NCBI RefSeq assembly: GCF_009914755.1
Contig: NC_060938.1
Source of the DNA: the human T2T-CHM13v2.0 reference genome, Homo sapiens
Strand: one strand, 5' to 3'
DNA length: 64,000 nucleotides
Below the pieces are notes generated by a model, which searched no databases, had not been told where the DNA came from, and saw only the letters and a program-made list of their open reading frames with translations. Below are positions 41,643 to 57,346 of this stretch, in pieces. The position numbers and the translations under genes were made by a program. Numbering within the stretch: the first letter of the stretch is position 1; each line of letters starts with the position of its first letter.

Positions 41643-42535
41643 GTGTTTTCTCCTCCTCTTGGGGGTGGATCCGAAAGGAGTGGCACCCCTTCCTTCTCCT
41701 GGAGTGCCCCTGCCTGTACCCCCAAGACCAAGATCACAGCTTCACAATGTAGCAGGGACTCCTGGCCATCCCTCAAAAGTAACTGTTTCTGTGCTAGAAA
41801 ACTGAAAAACAGCAAGGGCCAGAAGTGAACCAGAGTGCAGAGTGAGGCAGAATCAGTGAGTCAGAGTGATGACGTGGGGCCTCCATGCTAAGGCAGAAAG
41901 AAAAACAAGCAGACAGACATCCAAAGGAAAAGCCAAAGATGTTGACCAGAAGGATTAAGCTGTGGGACACTAAGGCCCACATCACCTGCCGCCTGTGTAG
42001 TGGGCACCTCATTGATGCAACCAGGGTGACCAAGTGTCTGCACACATTCTGTAGGGGTTGCCTGGTAAAGTATTTGTAAGAGAACAACACCTGCCCTGCA
42101 TGTAGGACTGTGATGCGTCACACTCACTCACTGCAGTACATCGGTCATGAGAGCACCATACATGAGACTGTTTACAAATTGGTATCAGGTCTCCAAGAAG
42201 CAGAAATGAAAACAGAGAATTCTGTCACAAATTGGGCATGGAAGTGCCTAGAGACATCAAAGGGGATACTTGTTCCACAAAACAACACTTAGATTTCCAT
42301 CAGAATGGTGAAATGAAAGCAGAAGACAGTTCAAACAAAGACCAAAAAAGAGAAAAAGGAAAAGGACAATGATTTTCACAGAAGTGATGAGCAGGAAAGC
42401 AACAGCAGCAAGTTGTGGGGACTGAAAAGGAAATGAATCTGCTGCATAGCCCAAGCAATGGTCTGACATCTAAAGAAGTTCACTGCCAAAAATCTTAACC
42501 TTTTGTCCTTCAATGAGGTAATAGTCAATCCATAA
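41643..42535 (+). pseudogene. PCGF3 (polycomb group RING finger 3) retro-pseudogene, lacking the C-terminal exons
   Basis: From ATG 41939 it reads [54 protein letters not shown]...YKLVSGLQEAEM. After frameshifts it continues EFCHKLGMEVPRDIKG...DNDFHRSDEQ...SSKLWGLKRK*...HLKKFTAKNLNLLSFNE. This is colinear with PCGF3 as I recall it ([38 protein letters not shown]...), with no internal introns, several stops (first TAA 42077-42079) and frameshifts. The 5' UTR extent is inferred. Confidence 0.9.
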
Positions 42536-43483
42536 AGAGAAACTCAAGCAAGTCAATTCTTAGGTAAAAATGACATTTCTAAAATTACTTGGGTTTTTTT
42601 TTTTCACAACTTTGTTTGGAGATTTTAACCAGAAAAAAATCTCAATTTGTTTTGCCTGCCCTGCCCGGTAGCATGATAGAAAACAGCAGTGAGGATTGTG
42701 AAAAGCCCAGACACCATGGACATGAAGAACCCACCATTGATAGAAGAGAAAACGGGGGAGAGGGTGTGGAGAGGAGGGCAGGTGATGAAACTGTTTTAAA
42801 ATACGTTAAAGATATTCCTCACAAAGAAGAAGTCTGTTCTTTAATTTCACAAATGGATGGGTAGGTAGGTGGGTTGAAGGAGGGATGGGTGAATGAAGGA
42901 GAGAGAGAGAGAGAGAATGCTTTCAAGTTGTGATAAATGCTGAGAATAAAATGAAACTTGGTGGCCTGCTGGGCTGGGTAGTGGAAGAGTGGCATGAGCA
43001 CATGAGCTGAAAATCACTGGGAGCTCACCTCAAGGTGGTAACGTTTTGTGTGAAGATGTAAATTCTCAGCAGGAGACCAGCTCTGCACAGGTAAGAGAAG
43101 GCACTGGAAGGCCTTAGGCAGGGATACATGGTTTGGGGCAGGGTTTTAAAATATCCCTCAGGCTGTGTGGAAATGAGTTATGGGGTAGAGAAAGGAAAGC
43201 AAGAGAGGCTGATGGCAGGAGTCCCAGGAGAGAAGAACCATGGTGGTGCAGTGATAGTGGAAAAGCGGACAGACTTGACATGTGTTTTGGAGACAGCAGA
43301 GGGTGGAACGGTGGTCCCAAAGAGATAAACCCACATCTGGGCCCCTAGAACCTGCAAATGGGACCTCGTTTGGTAAAAGAATCTTTGCAGGTACAAGTAA
43401 GTTAAAGATCTTGAGATGAAATAGTCTTGGATTATCTTGGTGGACCTTAAGTACAACGACAAAAATCCTTATAAGAGTAAGGC

Positions 43484-43791
<308 letters not shown>

Positions 43792-43805
43792 AAGAGTAAG
43801 GCAGA

Positions 43806-44250
<445 letters not shown>

Positions 44251-44551
44251 CTATGGTCTGCATGCATCCTCCAAAATTCATGTTTGGAAATTAATAGATT
44301 GGTGCCCTTATAAAAATGGCTATGGGAGTGGGCTCATGCTCTTCTGCTCTTCCACCACATGAGGACGCAGCAAGAAGACCCTTGCCAGATGCTGGTACCT
44401 TGGTCTTGGACCCCTCAGCCTCCAGAACGATGAGGAAATAAATTTCTATTATTCATAAAACCAACTCCCGCCCCCCCCAAAAAAAAACCCTACTTAAAAA
44501 CTTTGTGGACCTTCCTCCTATAAACAGGAACTGTCCAAAAAGAGCACTATA

Positions 44552-44708
44552 TTTTTTTTTTGGATGTAGTCTTGCTGTGTCACCCAGGCTGGAGTGCAGT
44601 AATGTGCACATGGCTCACTACAGCCTCAACCTCCTGGGTTCAATTGACCCTCCCACCTCAGCCTCCCAAAGTACTGGATTACAGCTGTGAGCCACTGTGT
44701 CTGACCCC
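44552..44708 (-). mobile_element. Alu monomer (FAM-like)
   Basis: A single Alu arm after a T tract. Confidence 0.78.
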
Positions 44709-46357
44709 ATTTATTTATTTTTGAAGCATTATAAAATTAATTTTAGTGTCCTTTGCTCCCCACAAACCTAAGAGGTTTGCACTGATAAAACAATTGTGAC
44801 TATATAATCCTGATCTCCTAGGATCACTGTTCTCTGACCACTAGCATCCACCAAAGACAACTTGGTCCTCAACATCTTCAGCCAATCTCTTCTCTTTAAA
44901 GTATAGAATTATAAAAAAATGAAAGGAACCTCAAAAGTCACTTTACTCCATCCTATTATCTATCCCAAAGAGAGGGTTGCAGGTAAGCAAGCCTAGCCCA
45001 ACAAGAAGGCTGCTACCTTTATAATGTGACTTGGAGGACACTGCTAGGGTCAACATGTCTCATAAACTCTCCCACACACACTCACTTTGGTAGAGATTTC
45101 CTTCTCCTTCTCTCTGCCCTGAAATGTCCAACATGAGATGCCTTCTTCTGAGTCAGAAAATAAAACCGAGGAGTACTCTCTCTAGAAGCTTCTTATTGAA
45201 TAGTATACAATTTATATTATGGGAAAGTAAGAAAGGTCCCTGATTTACATGTGGGATACAAGAGGAAAGCTTTCTCCTTGTACTACTAGCTTCACCCTTC
45301 AGCACTAAGCAACTTATAAGATTTACTATTTGTCCTTTTAATATTTACCAAATCATAGAGCTAGCCTGAGAAGACAGTCATAGAAAAAGAAAGTTTTGGT
45401 AACTGTGTGGAAAAGATAGAAGGAAGTCAGCCTTATTAGAATGAGGTTTCTCTTTTAGCCTACCTTATTCTCTCATAATCTTTTTCTGCCAGAAAATGTT
45501 CTTTTTATGAGCCTACAATTATTTTACAGCCATTAAACATTTTTAGTTGTATGTCACCTATACCCTGCTTCAATTACCAATAGAACCTACTATTACAGAT
45601 CAGTAACAAAAAAAGATATTATCACCTTTCTTCAAATTAGCAAAATAATGTATGTTATAGCAACTTGAACCAGAAATGTAGAAAACTATCGAATAAAGGA
45701 AAGACGGTCTTGTCCCCTGGTATATCACCAATGACTAATGAGTACTTGGCAATCAACAGCGCTCAATAAGTGTATTTTGAATGAATGAATACATGAGTAA
45801 ATGTATAAACAATGAGATAGATGCGGTTTTTTAAACCCATATCTAAAGAATCACATAGTAACACTTAATAAACAATCAGTAACACATTCCTCTGAATACT
45901 CTTGCAACCACAAAGTCAACATATAAGACCAACAGCTGTAAAACAAACCAGAGTTCATCTTCTATTCATAAAAACTGAAGAGAAAGTCATCTGTATTTCG
46001 GCCAATCTTTCAATTAGTTACACCCAAAATAAATAATGATGTCATGAACATCTCTGAACACAAAGAACAATGACATGCTGTAAACATTCAGCAAATAAAA
46101 CTATGCCAAAAATAACAGGATCCCTGGCCCAAGAACTAAAATTAAAGAACTCAATCAAATAACACTACCAAGTTATATTTAAAGGTTTGAGAGTAATGCC
46201 TGAGTTTTGCAATTTGTTTAAATAAACCCCAAATTTTATTTTCATTCATCTGAACCCCAAATAAGAATGGGGTCAAGGTAAAAGACACGTACACACAATT
46301 ATTCCAAATAAAGATAGCATAGACAAAGAAAACTGAACCTCTAAAAGGAAACAATTG

Positions 46358-46668
46358 GGCCGGGCATGGTGGCTCACGCCTGTAATCCCAACACTTTGGG
46401 AGGCCGAGGCAGGTGGATCACGACGAGGTCAGGAGATTGAGACCATCCTGGCCAACATGGTAAAACCCTGTCTCTACTAAAAATACAAAAATCAGCCAGG
46501 CATGGTGGCACATGCCTGTAGTCCCAGCTACTCAAGAAGCTGAGGCAGGAGAATCGCTTGAACCCAGGGGGCAGAGGTTGCAGTCAGCCGAGATTACGCC
46601 ACTGCACTCCAGCCTGGGCGACAGAGTAAGACTCCATCTCAAGAAAAAAAAAAAAAAAGAAAGAAAGA
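46358..46668 (+). mobile_element. AluS (Sc-like)
   Basis: Alu dimer with TSD AAGGAAA(C/T)AATTG. Confidence 0.9.
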
Positions 46669-48438
46669 AGGAAATAATTGATCTTGGTTTACTATGCATA
46701 GTAGAAACATGTCCTATGTCAATAACCAGTGATAATGCTCAAAGATGTAAAGTTATATTTGTTCTGACAATCTCTAAAAACATTGCAATCCAGGAAAGGA
46801 AGATTCAGAGAGCTCAGCCTGAAAAGTTCCTTCTAGTCATGTTACCTAGAATTGGAAAGTTCATCCTCATAACCAACACTTCTTTTTCACAAGTTGACAT
46901 GGCACTGATTACATCACAACCCCAAACACTAACAGCAACCCTAGCAGCAAATGGGCAGGAAGAATGGTTTCTAAGTAACCATCTCTCTTGACAGTCAAAA
47001 TCCTCCCAACAAACTGCACTGTTCCCACTCCCAAACACATAATCCACATTATGAAAAATTCCTTTTCACTCTTGTTGAACCAGCATCTCTTTAGAAGACG
47101 TGTCCCACTGAGTCCAGCATGCACAGACAGGAACGACGGGCTCCTTGCCATGGAGCTAATGGATTTTTCCATAGCATCCTTACCGAGATCAAGTCACTCG
47201 GGATTAATCTGATGCTCCTGCTAGCATGTCCACTGTCAAGAATTCCAACACCTAACAATAGTGAAAAACCTGGATGAGATGTCAGCCAAAACCCTAACTT
47301 AGGTGTTCAGACAGTTAGATGGTTCAGCATGCAAGAGGGACTGGGACATGGTTCAATTTCTGACTGCTGTGCTTGAGGTGAACTGAAACAGTTGAGAATA
47401 AAACTAAGAAACATTAAAGAGAAATGTCAGAGAACAGTGCCACATGGCCAAGAGATGCTTAGTGATATTAAATAGTGTGTCCATAGCTCAAATAGAGAAA
47501 TGTCCTGTTGCAAGTGGCAGGCAGACAAAATGTGTCTACACGGTACCCTCTCTTAGCCAACTTTATCTGTCTGGCAGATCTCTGACAATCTCTTAACAGC
47601 TGTTCAAAGCCCACGACGATACTTTGTACTTACATGGGGCTTTCCTTCCAAGAGACTCAAACGGCTTTTCAGGCTTTATTCTCCAAACTTACATTGTTAG
47701 CTAACAGGGAACAAGTTTTATAAGTTTTGTTTTACTTACAGGTTACTTGGTAGGTGAAAAAAAAAAAAACTACCTTGGATGCTCAAATATCACAGCAGAG
47801 GCTTAAATGAGCTTGTGCAAACCCAGAATTTTTGCCTCTCTGGATCAGACCTGTTTTCTTTATTCATTGCAAATATTTCTGTCTAGGGTTACCAAAATCG
47901 AGAGTCTTCATTTTGTTCAGGACCAGAGCCATGGGTTAACTCTCAACAAAATCAATAAAATATATGGGAGAAATTTTGCCCTATGACCCTGAGTAATTTT
48001 AGTAATCTGACTCTGCTACAAACATGTGTCATTTAATAGGCAGTTCCCACCAAAGGTGCTCAGTTTCTCTAACTGCATTTTTATCACAGCTTTGACTTTT
48101 TTAGATCTCCAGAAGATACAGAAGTAGCTAGCACTTCCAGGCTGTTACTAATGCATCAAAGATAGAAAAAACCTTGGTTGAGAATGTGTCATCCCAACAA
48201 TGACGGCAGGAAGATCCAGAGTAGGAACACCTGTTCCCCAACATCTGCTGTCTAATCTTGACTTTCAAGGAGAATAGAGTCTCACCTGTATTTTCTGCCT
48301 TTTTGGAATAGCAATGATTAGTTTGAATCATCATCTTTTGCCTATTTATTCATGAGTTTTACATGTCAAATTTCTCTTTTAGTGGCTTTTTCTTCCCTTT
48401 ACTAAGTTTAAAATTAAATCTAAGGTAAACAAATTAGA

Positions 48439-48921
<483 letters not shown>

Positions 48922-50720
48922 TTATGCCAATAACAATCAAAAGCCATTGTTTCCACCTATAAAGTGACTGAAGCCCTAGAAATGACACTGCTTTTATTTC
49001 CAGATTTTTTTTACCTTGGGCATCAAATTGGGTGCAAAACTTAAAAGCCAGAAAGAAAATATTAAATTCGTCTTGAGGATGTGCAGCGACTCTCCAGCAG
49101 ATGGCTCTCCAGGATCATAAGGTTCTAAGGGATACCAGAATTTTCTGAAATAACTACCACAAAATCCAGCAACTCACAGTTAAGCTGACTTAGAATACAC
49201 AGAATTTCATTACATTTCTAAAATGGAAATATTCCTGCCAAGTGCTTTTACATTTTTATCATGTAATAGGAGATATATATTAGACTATATACATATACCG
49301 TATTTATCTTATTAAGTTCATAGTGAAATGAACCCCAGAGAACTCACTATTCAATTTAAGGACTAGTAAGTTATTAATACTGTTACACCTATCTGCATAT
49401 TCTTCTTAACATCCTTCTTCCCCTTAAAGCCATACAAAGTTACTGACTGCTATATTTGGGGACTTTCTTTCCATTCAAAATTATGGTTTTAAGTTTCACA
49501 CATCTTGTTGTACAAAACACTAGTTTATTAATTTTCACGATATATGCTGTTCATTATGCATATATGTCACAGTTTGTTTATCCCCATGTCAAGGAAGATT
49601 TCGGGTATTTGGTTGTTGCTAATTTTTTTTTGCTGTTATGAATAGTGCTGCTTGAACACTCATAAATGATCTCTAGTGTATTTGTTCAAGGCTTTGTCTA
49701 GGGTACATTCCTAAAAGTGGAATTGCTAGGTTAAAAGGAATACAAGTGTTCAACATCCTAATGTCTAGATAAATGTCCCTAGCTCCACATCCTCATCAAC
49801 CTTTGGCACTGTCAAACATTTCTTTTCAATCCAGTGTGTATAAAATGATGTCACTCCAGATGTCATTTGCACTTTCTTAATGACTAATGAGGTTGTGTAT
49901 CCATTCAGTATCTGTGTGAGATGCCTACTCATGTCTTTCACTCATCTTTCTATTGGGCTGTCTGTCATTTTTCCGCTGATTCTTTTAGAGTTCTTTCTAT
50001 CCTGGACATCAATCCTTTATCAGTTATATGGATTACAAATATTTTTGCTAATTTTAGAAGCTGTATTTTCACTTTCTTTCTAGCATCCTTTTATAAAAGG
50101 TTTTAGTTTTAATATCACTGAATTTATCAGGATTTTTATGGTTAGCAATTTTTGTGTCATATCTAAAAAAACTTTATTGTGAGGTCAGAAAAATATTCTA
50201 CAATTTTAGTCAGTTTAAGGTTTGCCTATTACATCTGTTTTTAAACCACATAGAACTGATTTTTGTGTAGGATGTAGCTTCAATATAGTTTTTTCTATAT
50301 GGACAACCAATTGTCCCAGAACTTTTTGTTTGTTTTAAATGCTTTCCCCATCACTCTGCAGTGCAATTTTCGTCACATGTCAAGGACCCTCTATAGCAGT
50401 GTGTTTCCATGCCTATTCTGCTTCACTGGCCACTTTGACTATTCCTGTCCATGTCCTCCTTGTCCAAATATATAATTATATAGTAAGAGCTTTATAAGTC
50501 TTAATATCTGTTAGGGTATTTACAGACACCTTCCTTCAATTTCTTTTTCTTCTTTCGGAGTACACTGGCTATTTCTTGGCCTATTGCTCTTCCATATAAA
50601 TTTTATCAAAAGTTTACTAAGCTGTTCTGAATTAATGCAATGTAAAAATAAAATAATGAAATCTTACTGTTATTACTTCATTCTATTTTCTTTGGGTTTC
50701 TTCTATTTTGTTTTTATAGC

Positions 50721-51093
50721 TGTATTAGTCCATTCTCACACTGCTATAAAGATACTGCCTGAGACTGGGTAATGCATAAACAAAGGAGATTTAATTGACT
50801 CACAGTACTGCATGGCTGGAGAGGCCTCAGGAAACTTACAGTGGTGGTGGAAGGGGAAGCAGGCACGTTCTTCACAAGGTGGCAGGAGTCAGAAAGACCA
50901 TGAGTGAGTGTGAAGAAGGAACTGTCCAACACTTATAGAACCATCAGATCTCATGAGAACTCACTACCACAAGAACAGCACAGGAAAACCACCTTCATGA
51001 TCCAATCACTTCCCACTAAGTCCCCACCTCGACACATGGGGGATTACAATTCAAGATGAGATTTGGGTGGGGATACAGAGCCAAACCGTATCA
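50721..51093 (-). mobile_element. MSTA-like solo LTR
   Basis: tgtattagtccattctcacactgctataaag...gatgagatttgggtgggga...ccaaaccgtatca, with a 5-bp TSD ATAGC. Confidence 0.88.
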
Positions 51094-51664
51094 ATAGCTT
51101 AAGGTGGAAGTTACTTAGCTCATTAATTTTCATCCTTTCCGCTTTTCTAAGCTTTTGGGTTTTATTTTTTAAGCTGATAATTGTATATATTTATCATGTC
51201 CAACATGATGTTTTGAAGTATATATGTATTGTGGAGTGACTAAATCTAACTAACATATGCATTACCTCACAAAGTTATTTTCTGTGCTGAGAACGTTTAA
51301 CATCCACTCTCAGTATTTATCAAGAATACAGCATGTTGTTATTAACTATAGTCACCATGTTATACAATAACAGAAACTTTTTTATTTTTTAAAGTGAACA
51401 AACTCACTGAGGGAGCTTTCTAAAGGTTAAAAATTTCCCATTATATAATCCTTCATCTTCACCCCACAAGTCTGATATATTTTCTCTGAGTCACTTCCAA
51501 ATATTTTGATTTTCGATTATAATTTCTTCTTTGATCCACAAGTTATTTAGAAGTAGATTTTTTCATTTTCAAAAGTATGGGGCAATTTATCTTTTTCATT
51601 ATTAATGTCTAACCTAATTGCACAACCATCAGAGAATACAGCCTGCATGATATCAATTCTTTAA

Positions 51665-52007
<343 letters not shown>

Positions 52008-52402
52008 AGGATTTTTTTAATGGACTGGTTTATGGCCAATTTTTATAAATATTTCATGTGTGATTGAAGATAACATATTTGCTAACAGTTGGAGACAATA
52101 TTTTATATATGTCAAGGAATGCTTTTGTCTCAAATTTTATTTTGTTTGAAGATTTTAACAAATTGAATACAATACATAAGAAGGATAATATATAATAATA
52201 TAAAGCTGTTTTAGTATTCAAAAACCAATGAGTATAATTCAATATAGTAACTCCTTAAAAAAGAAAACCATATCATCATCTTAAAAGGTACAGAAATACC
52301 AATGCAGAAAAAGCATTTGATAAAAATCCAATATGCACACAATGTCCAAAAAGAAAAAAACAAAATCTAAGCTTTCAGCAAACTAAGAAGGGACAACTTG
52401 AT

Positions 52403-53113
52403 TGTGTTAGTAAGTTTGGGCTGTCATAACAAAATTCCAGAAACTAGGTGGCTTAAACAACAGAAATTTATTTTCTCACAGTTTTGGAGGTTAGAAGTCC
52501 AAGATCAAGGCACCAGCCAGGTGGGTTTCTGGTAAGGCCTCTCTTCCTGGTTTACAGATGGCCACCTTCTTGCTGTGTCCTTACATGACATTTCCTCTCT
52601 TGCAGAGACTCTAGTGTCTCTTGTTCTTCTTCCTTCTTCTTTTTTTTTTTTATTTCATTAGAGATGGTCTCAGTCTGTCACCCAGACTGAAGTGCAGTCA
52701 CACAATCACACAATCAGTTCACTGCAGTCTTGAACTCCTGGGCTCAAGCAATCCTCCTACCTCAGCCTCCCGAGTAGCTAGGACTACAGGTGCATGCCAC
52801 TATCTCCAGCTAATTTATTTCATTTTTTGTAGGGATTAGGGTCTCTTCGGTGACCAGGCTGGTCTCAAACTCCTGGTCTCAAGCAATCCTTCTGCCTTCG
52901 CCCCCCTAAAGTTCTGGGATTAAAGGCATGAGCTACCCCTCCCAGCCCTCTTTCTCTTTTTATAAGGACACCAGTCCTATTGGATTTGGCCCCACTCTTA
53001 TGACCTCATATAACTTAACTATCCCCTTACAGACCCTGTCTCCAAATACAATCACATTAGTGATTAAGTCTTCAACAAATAAATTTTCTACGGACACAAT
53101 TCAGTCCATAACA
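52403..53113 (-). mobile_element. MLT1A/B solo LTR with a nested antisense AluJ (~52625-52947)
   Basis: gggctgtcataacaaaattccagaaactaggtggcttaaacaacagaaatttatt...ggacacaattcagtccataaca. Confidence 0.8.
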
Positions 53114-55716
53114 CTGATAAAGGGTGTCAACAAGAAACCTCTGGCTAACATCATAATTAGCCCACTTGTATTTATTGTCATTATTGATATATTTGTGTTT
53201 GTTACTTTATTTTTTCCACTTTTTCTGTGCTTAATTTTTCTTTTTTTTTTTTTTGGCTTTTTTTCTTATTCTATTTTCCCCCACTACTGGTTTAGAAATT
53301 ATACATTCTACTGCCTACTGCATTTTTTCAGCTGTTACTCTTAAATTTTACCACGCATATTTAACTAACCAAAGACTGAACTTAATCACTATCTTATCAC
53401 TCAATAAGAAGGGCTTTAGAGTCCTTTAACCCTGGCTATATCTTCCCAATTTATTTTATTGTCCACTATTTTAGCTCTGTCCTCTCTTCTTACTCCATAA
53501 ATTAGAAATTATATTTTATACAGAGTGCTTATGATTTATGTACATATTTACCAATTTATTTGTTCACTATTTCTTCTTGCATCTCAGTCCCTCCTTCTAG
53601 AATTATCTTTCTTCTTCTCTAAATGCAATGCCTTCATAAGTTCCTTTTCTAAAATCTGTTGCCAGTATTTTTGCCTTTGTTCTTTAAAAGTAGAGGCACA
53701 TATTTCTAGGTTATTCGTTAATTTCTCTTAATTCATTAAAGAGATTCTCCTGTCTTCTGGTTTCCAGTTCCACCATTGCTGCTAAGTCTGCTCTCAGTCT
53801 AAATTTTGTTCCTTTGTAGGTAATCTTTTTCCCCTGGCTTTTTTCCTTTAAATCTGGATCTTCAGATTTCTCTCTTTGTCTTCATTGTTCTTTCATTTCA
53901 TTACAATGTATCTTGTTGAGCATTTTTATTTTTAACTTTTTTTATTGATGTAGAACAAACAAAAAGTTGACAAACCATAAGTGTACAACTTAATAAACTA
54001 TTACATCATGAACCAGCATATTCACAACCCATATTCTTTTTTAAAAAAGCAACATTCTATTGTACCAGAAGCCCCCTTCATACCACCATCATTACCCCAA
54101 AGGTAAGCACTATTCTGACTTCTAACACCACGGATTAGGTTTGCTGGTTTTTGAAATTTCTATAAATGGAATTATATTGTGTGCATTTCTTAGTGTCTAG
54201 CTTCTTTCACTGCAAGATCAACCCCTATATTGCTGCATGTGGCAATCATCCATTCATATTTAGCACCATGTAGTTTTCCATTGTATTAACATAGCACAAT
54301 TTATTTGTCTATTCTACTGGTGATGATTAGAATCTAGGTTATTTCAAGATTTTTGCTTTTTCAAATAATCAGTGTTACTGTTAACACTCCTGTACATCTT
54401 TTGGTGTGCTTGTGTTTGCATTTTTGATGGTTTATTTATCTTGTGTGATACATGTGTTTCCTATGTCCATGGATTCATATTTTATCACAGTTTTGGAAAA
54501 ATTTTCAGCCATTACCACTATGAATCCTATCCCTCTGTTATCTCCATATCTCTTCCATTCTCTCTATTTTCTCCTGCTGGATATCTGATTAGATAAGTGA
54601 GAAGTTTTCACTCTACCCTCCATAAAGCTTAGCTTTTCTTTCATGTTCTCTCACTTGTCTCTTTGTGCTACACTCTCTATAATGTCTTCAAATTGATCTT
54701 CCAGTTCATTAATTTTCTCTTTTGGATTATTTAACCTGTCATTGAGGCTTTTTTCCCAAAAAATTATATTTATATTTCTAAATTATATTTATATTTCTAA
54801 ATGTTCTATTTGGTTATTTTTTAAAATCTGCTGGGTCATTTTTGATAGTGTTTTATTACCTCCTCATTTTTGTGACTTTTTTTTATTTCTTTAAAGCTTT
54901 TATAAATGGTTATTTTATATCTATGTCTGGATAGTTTTAGTAACAAAGGTCCTGAGTAAAGAGTAAGCCAATCTTACTTGGCTTTGTCTTTTCTGCTGAC
55001 TGTCAGTCATGGTGGTTCATTTCCTTGTTAATTTGTTGATATTTTATTACAACACATTTATTTTATTCCTCACATTTGCTTGGTTCTAATCTGTGGGAAA
55101 CCTATGGGACTCTATTGGACATGATTTTTTCCAGAGAGAATTTACATTTCCTTCTGTGGGAAGTCAGGGTGTGATACAAACCTGGAATTACTTTATTTTA
55201 TTCCCCTTACACAGGCTTAATGTGGAAATTTTAGTCCAGGTTCCTCATCTTACTACTGGCTCAAGTGTAGACACCTAGCACAACAATGATATCACTACTT
55301 GTCCTAGAGCACCGTTACCTCTTCCTTGCAGTTAATTCCTTGGGTTTCAGCCCATCTTTGGAATACACCAAGCCAGAAAGCACAATCCTTGAAGATTTTT
55401 CTGACTACTTGTAATCCCATCAATTTATTAAGGCATATGTTTTACCCAAGATCTAGTCATTTTGCTATGTCAAGACCCATTAGTTTTCTGTCAGAATCTG
55501 AAATCCAAATAAGGTACTTTTCAAGGGCATCCATACTCAAAATCATCCATTTTATCTACTGTAAATAGGTCCAACGAGCTGAGTGAGAGTTTTTATTTGT
55601 TTTTCAAACTCCATTTTTAAATTCTCCAATTTCAAATACTCATAAGAGAATCTGTAATCTGGGTATATTTTAAAATTAGATCAAATCTGAAATGTTATTA
55701 TTAAATATTACCTTCT

Positions 55717-57029
55717 AATAGAGAACCAAGAAATAAAGCTGCACACCTACAACCATCTGATCTTCAATAAAGTCAACAATAACAAGCAATGGAGAAAGGA
55801 CTCACTATTCAATAAATGATGCTGGGATAGCTGGCTAGCCAAATGCAGAAGATTGAAACCGGCCCCCTAACTTTCACTATGTACAAAAATTAACTCAAGA
55901 TGGATTAAAGACTTAAATGTAAGACATAAAACTATAAAAATCCTAGAAGAAAATCTAGAAAAAACCATTCTGGACATTGGCCTTGGCAAAGAATTTATGA
56001 CTAAGTCCCCAAAAGCATTTGCAACAAAAATAAAAATTAATGAGTGGGACCTAATTAAACTTAAGAGCTTTTGCACAGCAAAAGAAACTATCAAGGGGGT
56101 AAACAGACAACCAACAGAATGGGAGAAAATATTCACAAACTATCCACTCAACAAATGTTTAATATCCAGAATCTATGAGAAATTTAAACAATTCAACAAG
56201 CAAAAAACAAACAACTCCATTAAAAATGGGCAAAGAACATGAACAAATACTTCTCAAAAGAAGACTTATGAAAAAATGCTCAACATCACTAATCATTAGA
56301 GAAATGCAAATCAAAACCACAATGAGATGTCATCTCACACCAGTCAGAATGGTTATTATTAGAAGTCAAAACATAACAGATGCTGGTGAGGTTATAGAAA
56401 AAAGGGAATGCTTGTACACTGTGGATGGGAATGCAAATTAATTCAGCCCCTGTGGAAAGCAGTTTGGAGATTTCTCAAAGAACTTAAAACAGAACTACCA
56501 TTTGATTCAGCAATCCCATTTCTGGGTATACACCTAAAAAAAACAAATAATTCTACCAAAAAAACATGCACTCATATGTCCATACCAGCACCATTCAAAA
56601 TAGCAAAGGCAGGTAATCAACGAAGATGCCCAACAATGGTAGACTAACGAAAATGTGATACATATACACCATGGAATACTATGCAGCCATAAAAAATCAT
56701 TTCCTATGCCATAATATGGATGTACCTAGAGGCCATCAAACTAAGTGAATTAACACAGGAACAGAAAACCAAGCATCACATGCTCTCACTTGTAAGTGGG
56801 AGCTAAACACTGAGTAAATATGAACTCAAAGAATGGAACAACAGACACTGGGGCCTACTTGAGGGTGGAGGGTGGAAGGAGGAAGAGGAGTGAAAAACAA
56901 ACTATCTAGTACTACGCTCACTACCTGAATGATGGGATCATTCATATACCAAACCCCAGTGACACACAATTTACCCATGTAACAAACCTGTACATGTACC
57001 CCCAAACCTAAAAGTTGAAAGAAAAAAAT
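55717..57029 (+). mobile_element. 5'-truncated older L1PA (PA13-16-like), ORF2 3' part and 3' UTR
   Basis: ORF2 peptides [32 protein letters not shown] and CGWECKLIQPLWKAVWRFLKEL; degenerate TSD A(T/C)ATTACCTT. Confidence 0.9.
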
Positions 57030-57346
57030 AGACATTACCTTAAACATGTCTGTTAATTTATTCAGTTCTCTCCTTGTTAAATGCCTCATCGCCATGACTT
57101 TTTAAACTCCATTATTAATCTATAAAAATTTCTTGAAAACTTTTTACTAAATTTCAAATTTTCCACTCACTGTAAAATAGTAAATATAATAATTTAAAAT
57201 TTCCTCCATTGTAGCCTTAACAATATTTAGAAGGTACATTCATGAGAAAATAAAAAGGCTTGAGACAAGATAGTCCACTTCAAACACCAGTGGCAAAATG
57301 TTTTGGATTCAATTTCCATTTCAGGCAGCTGTTTAAATATTTTCTT

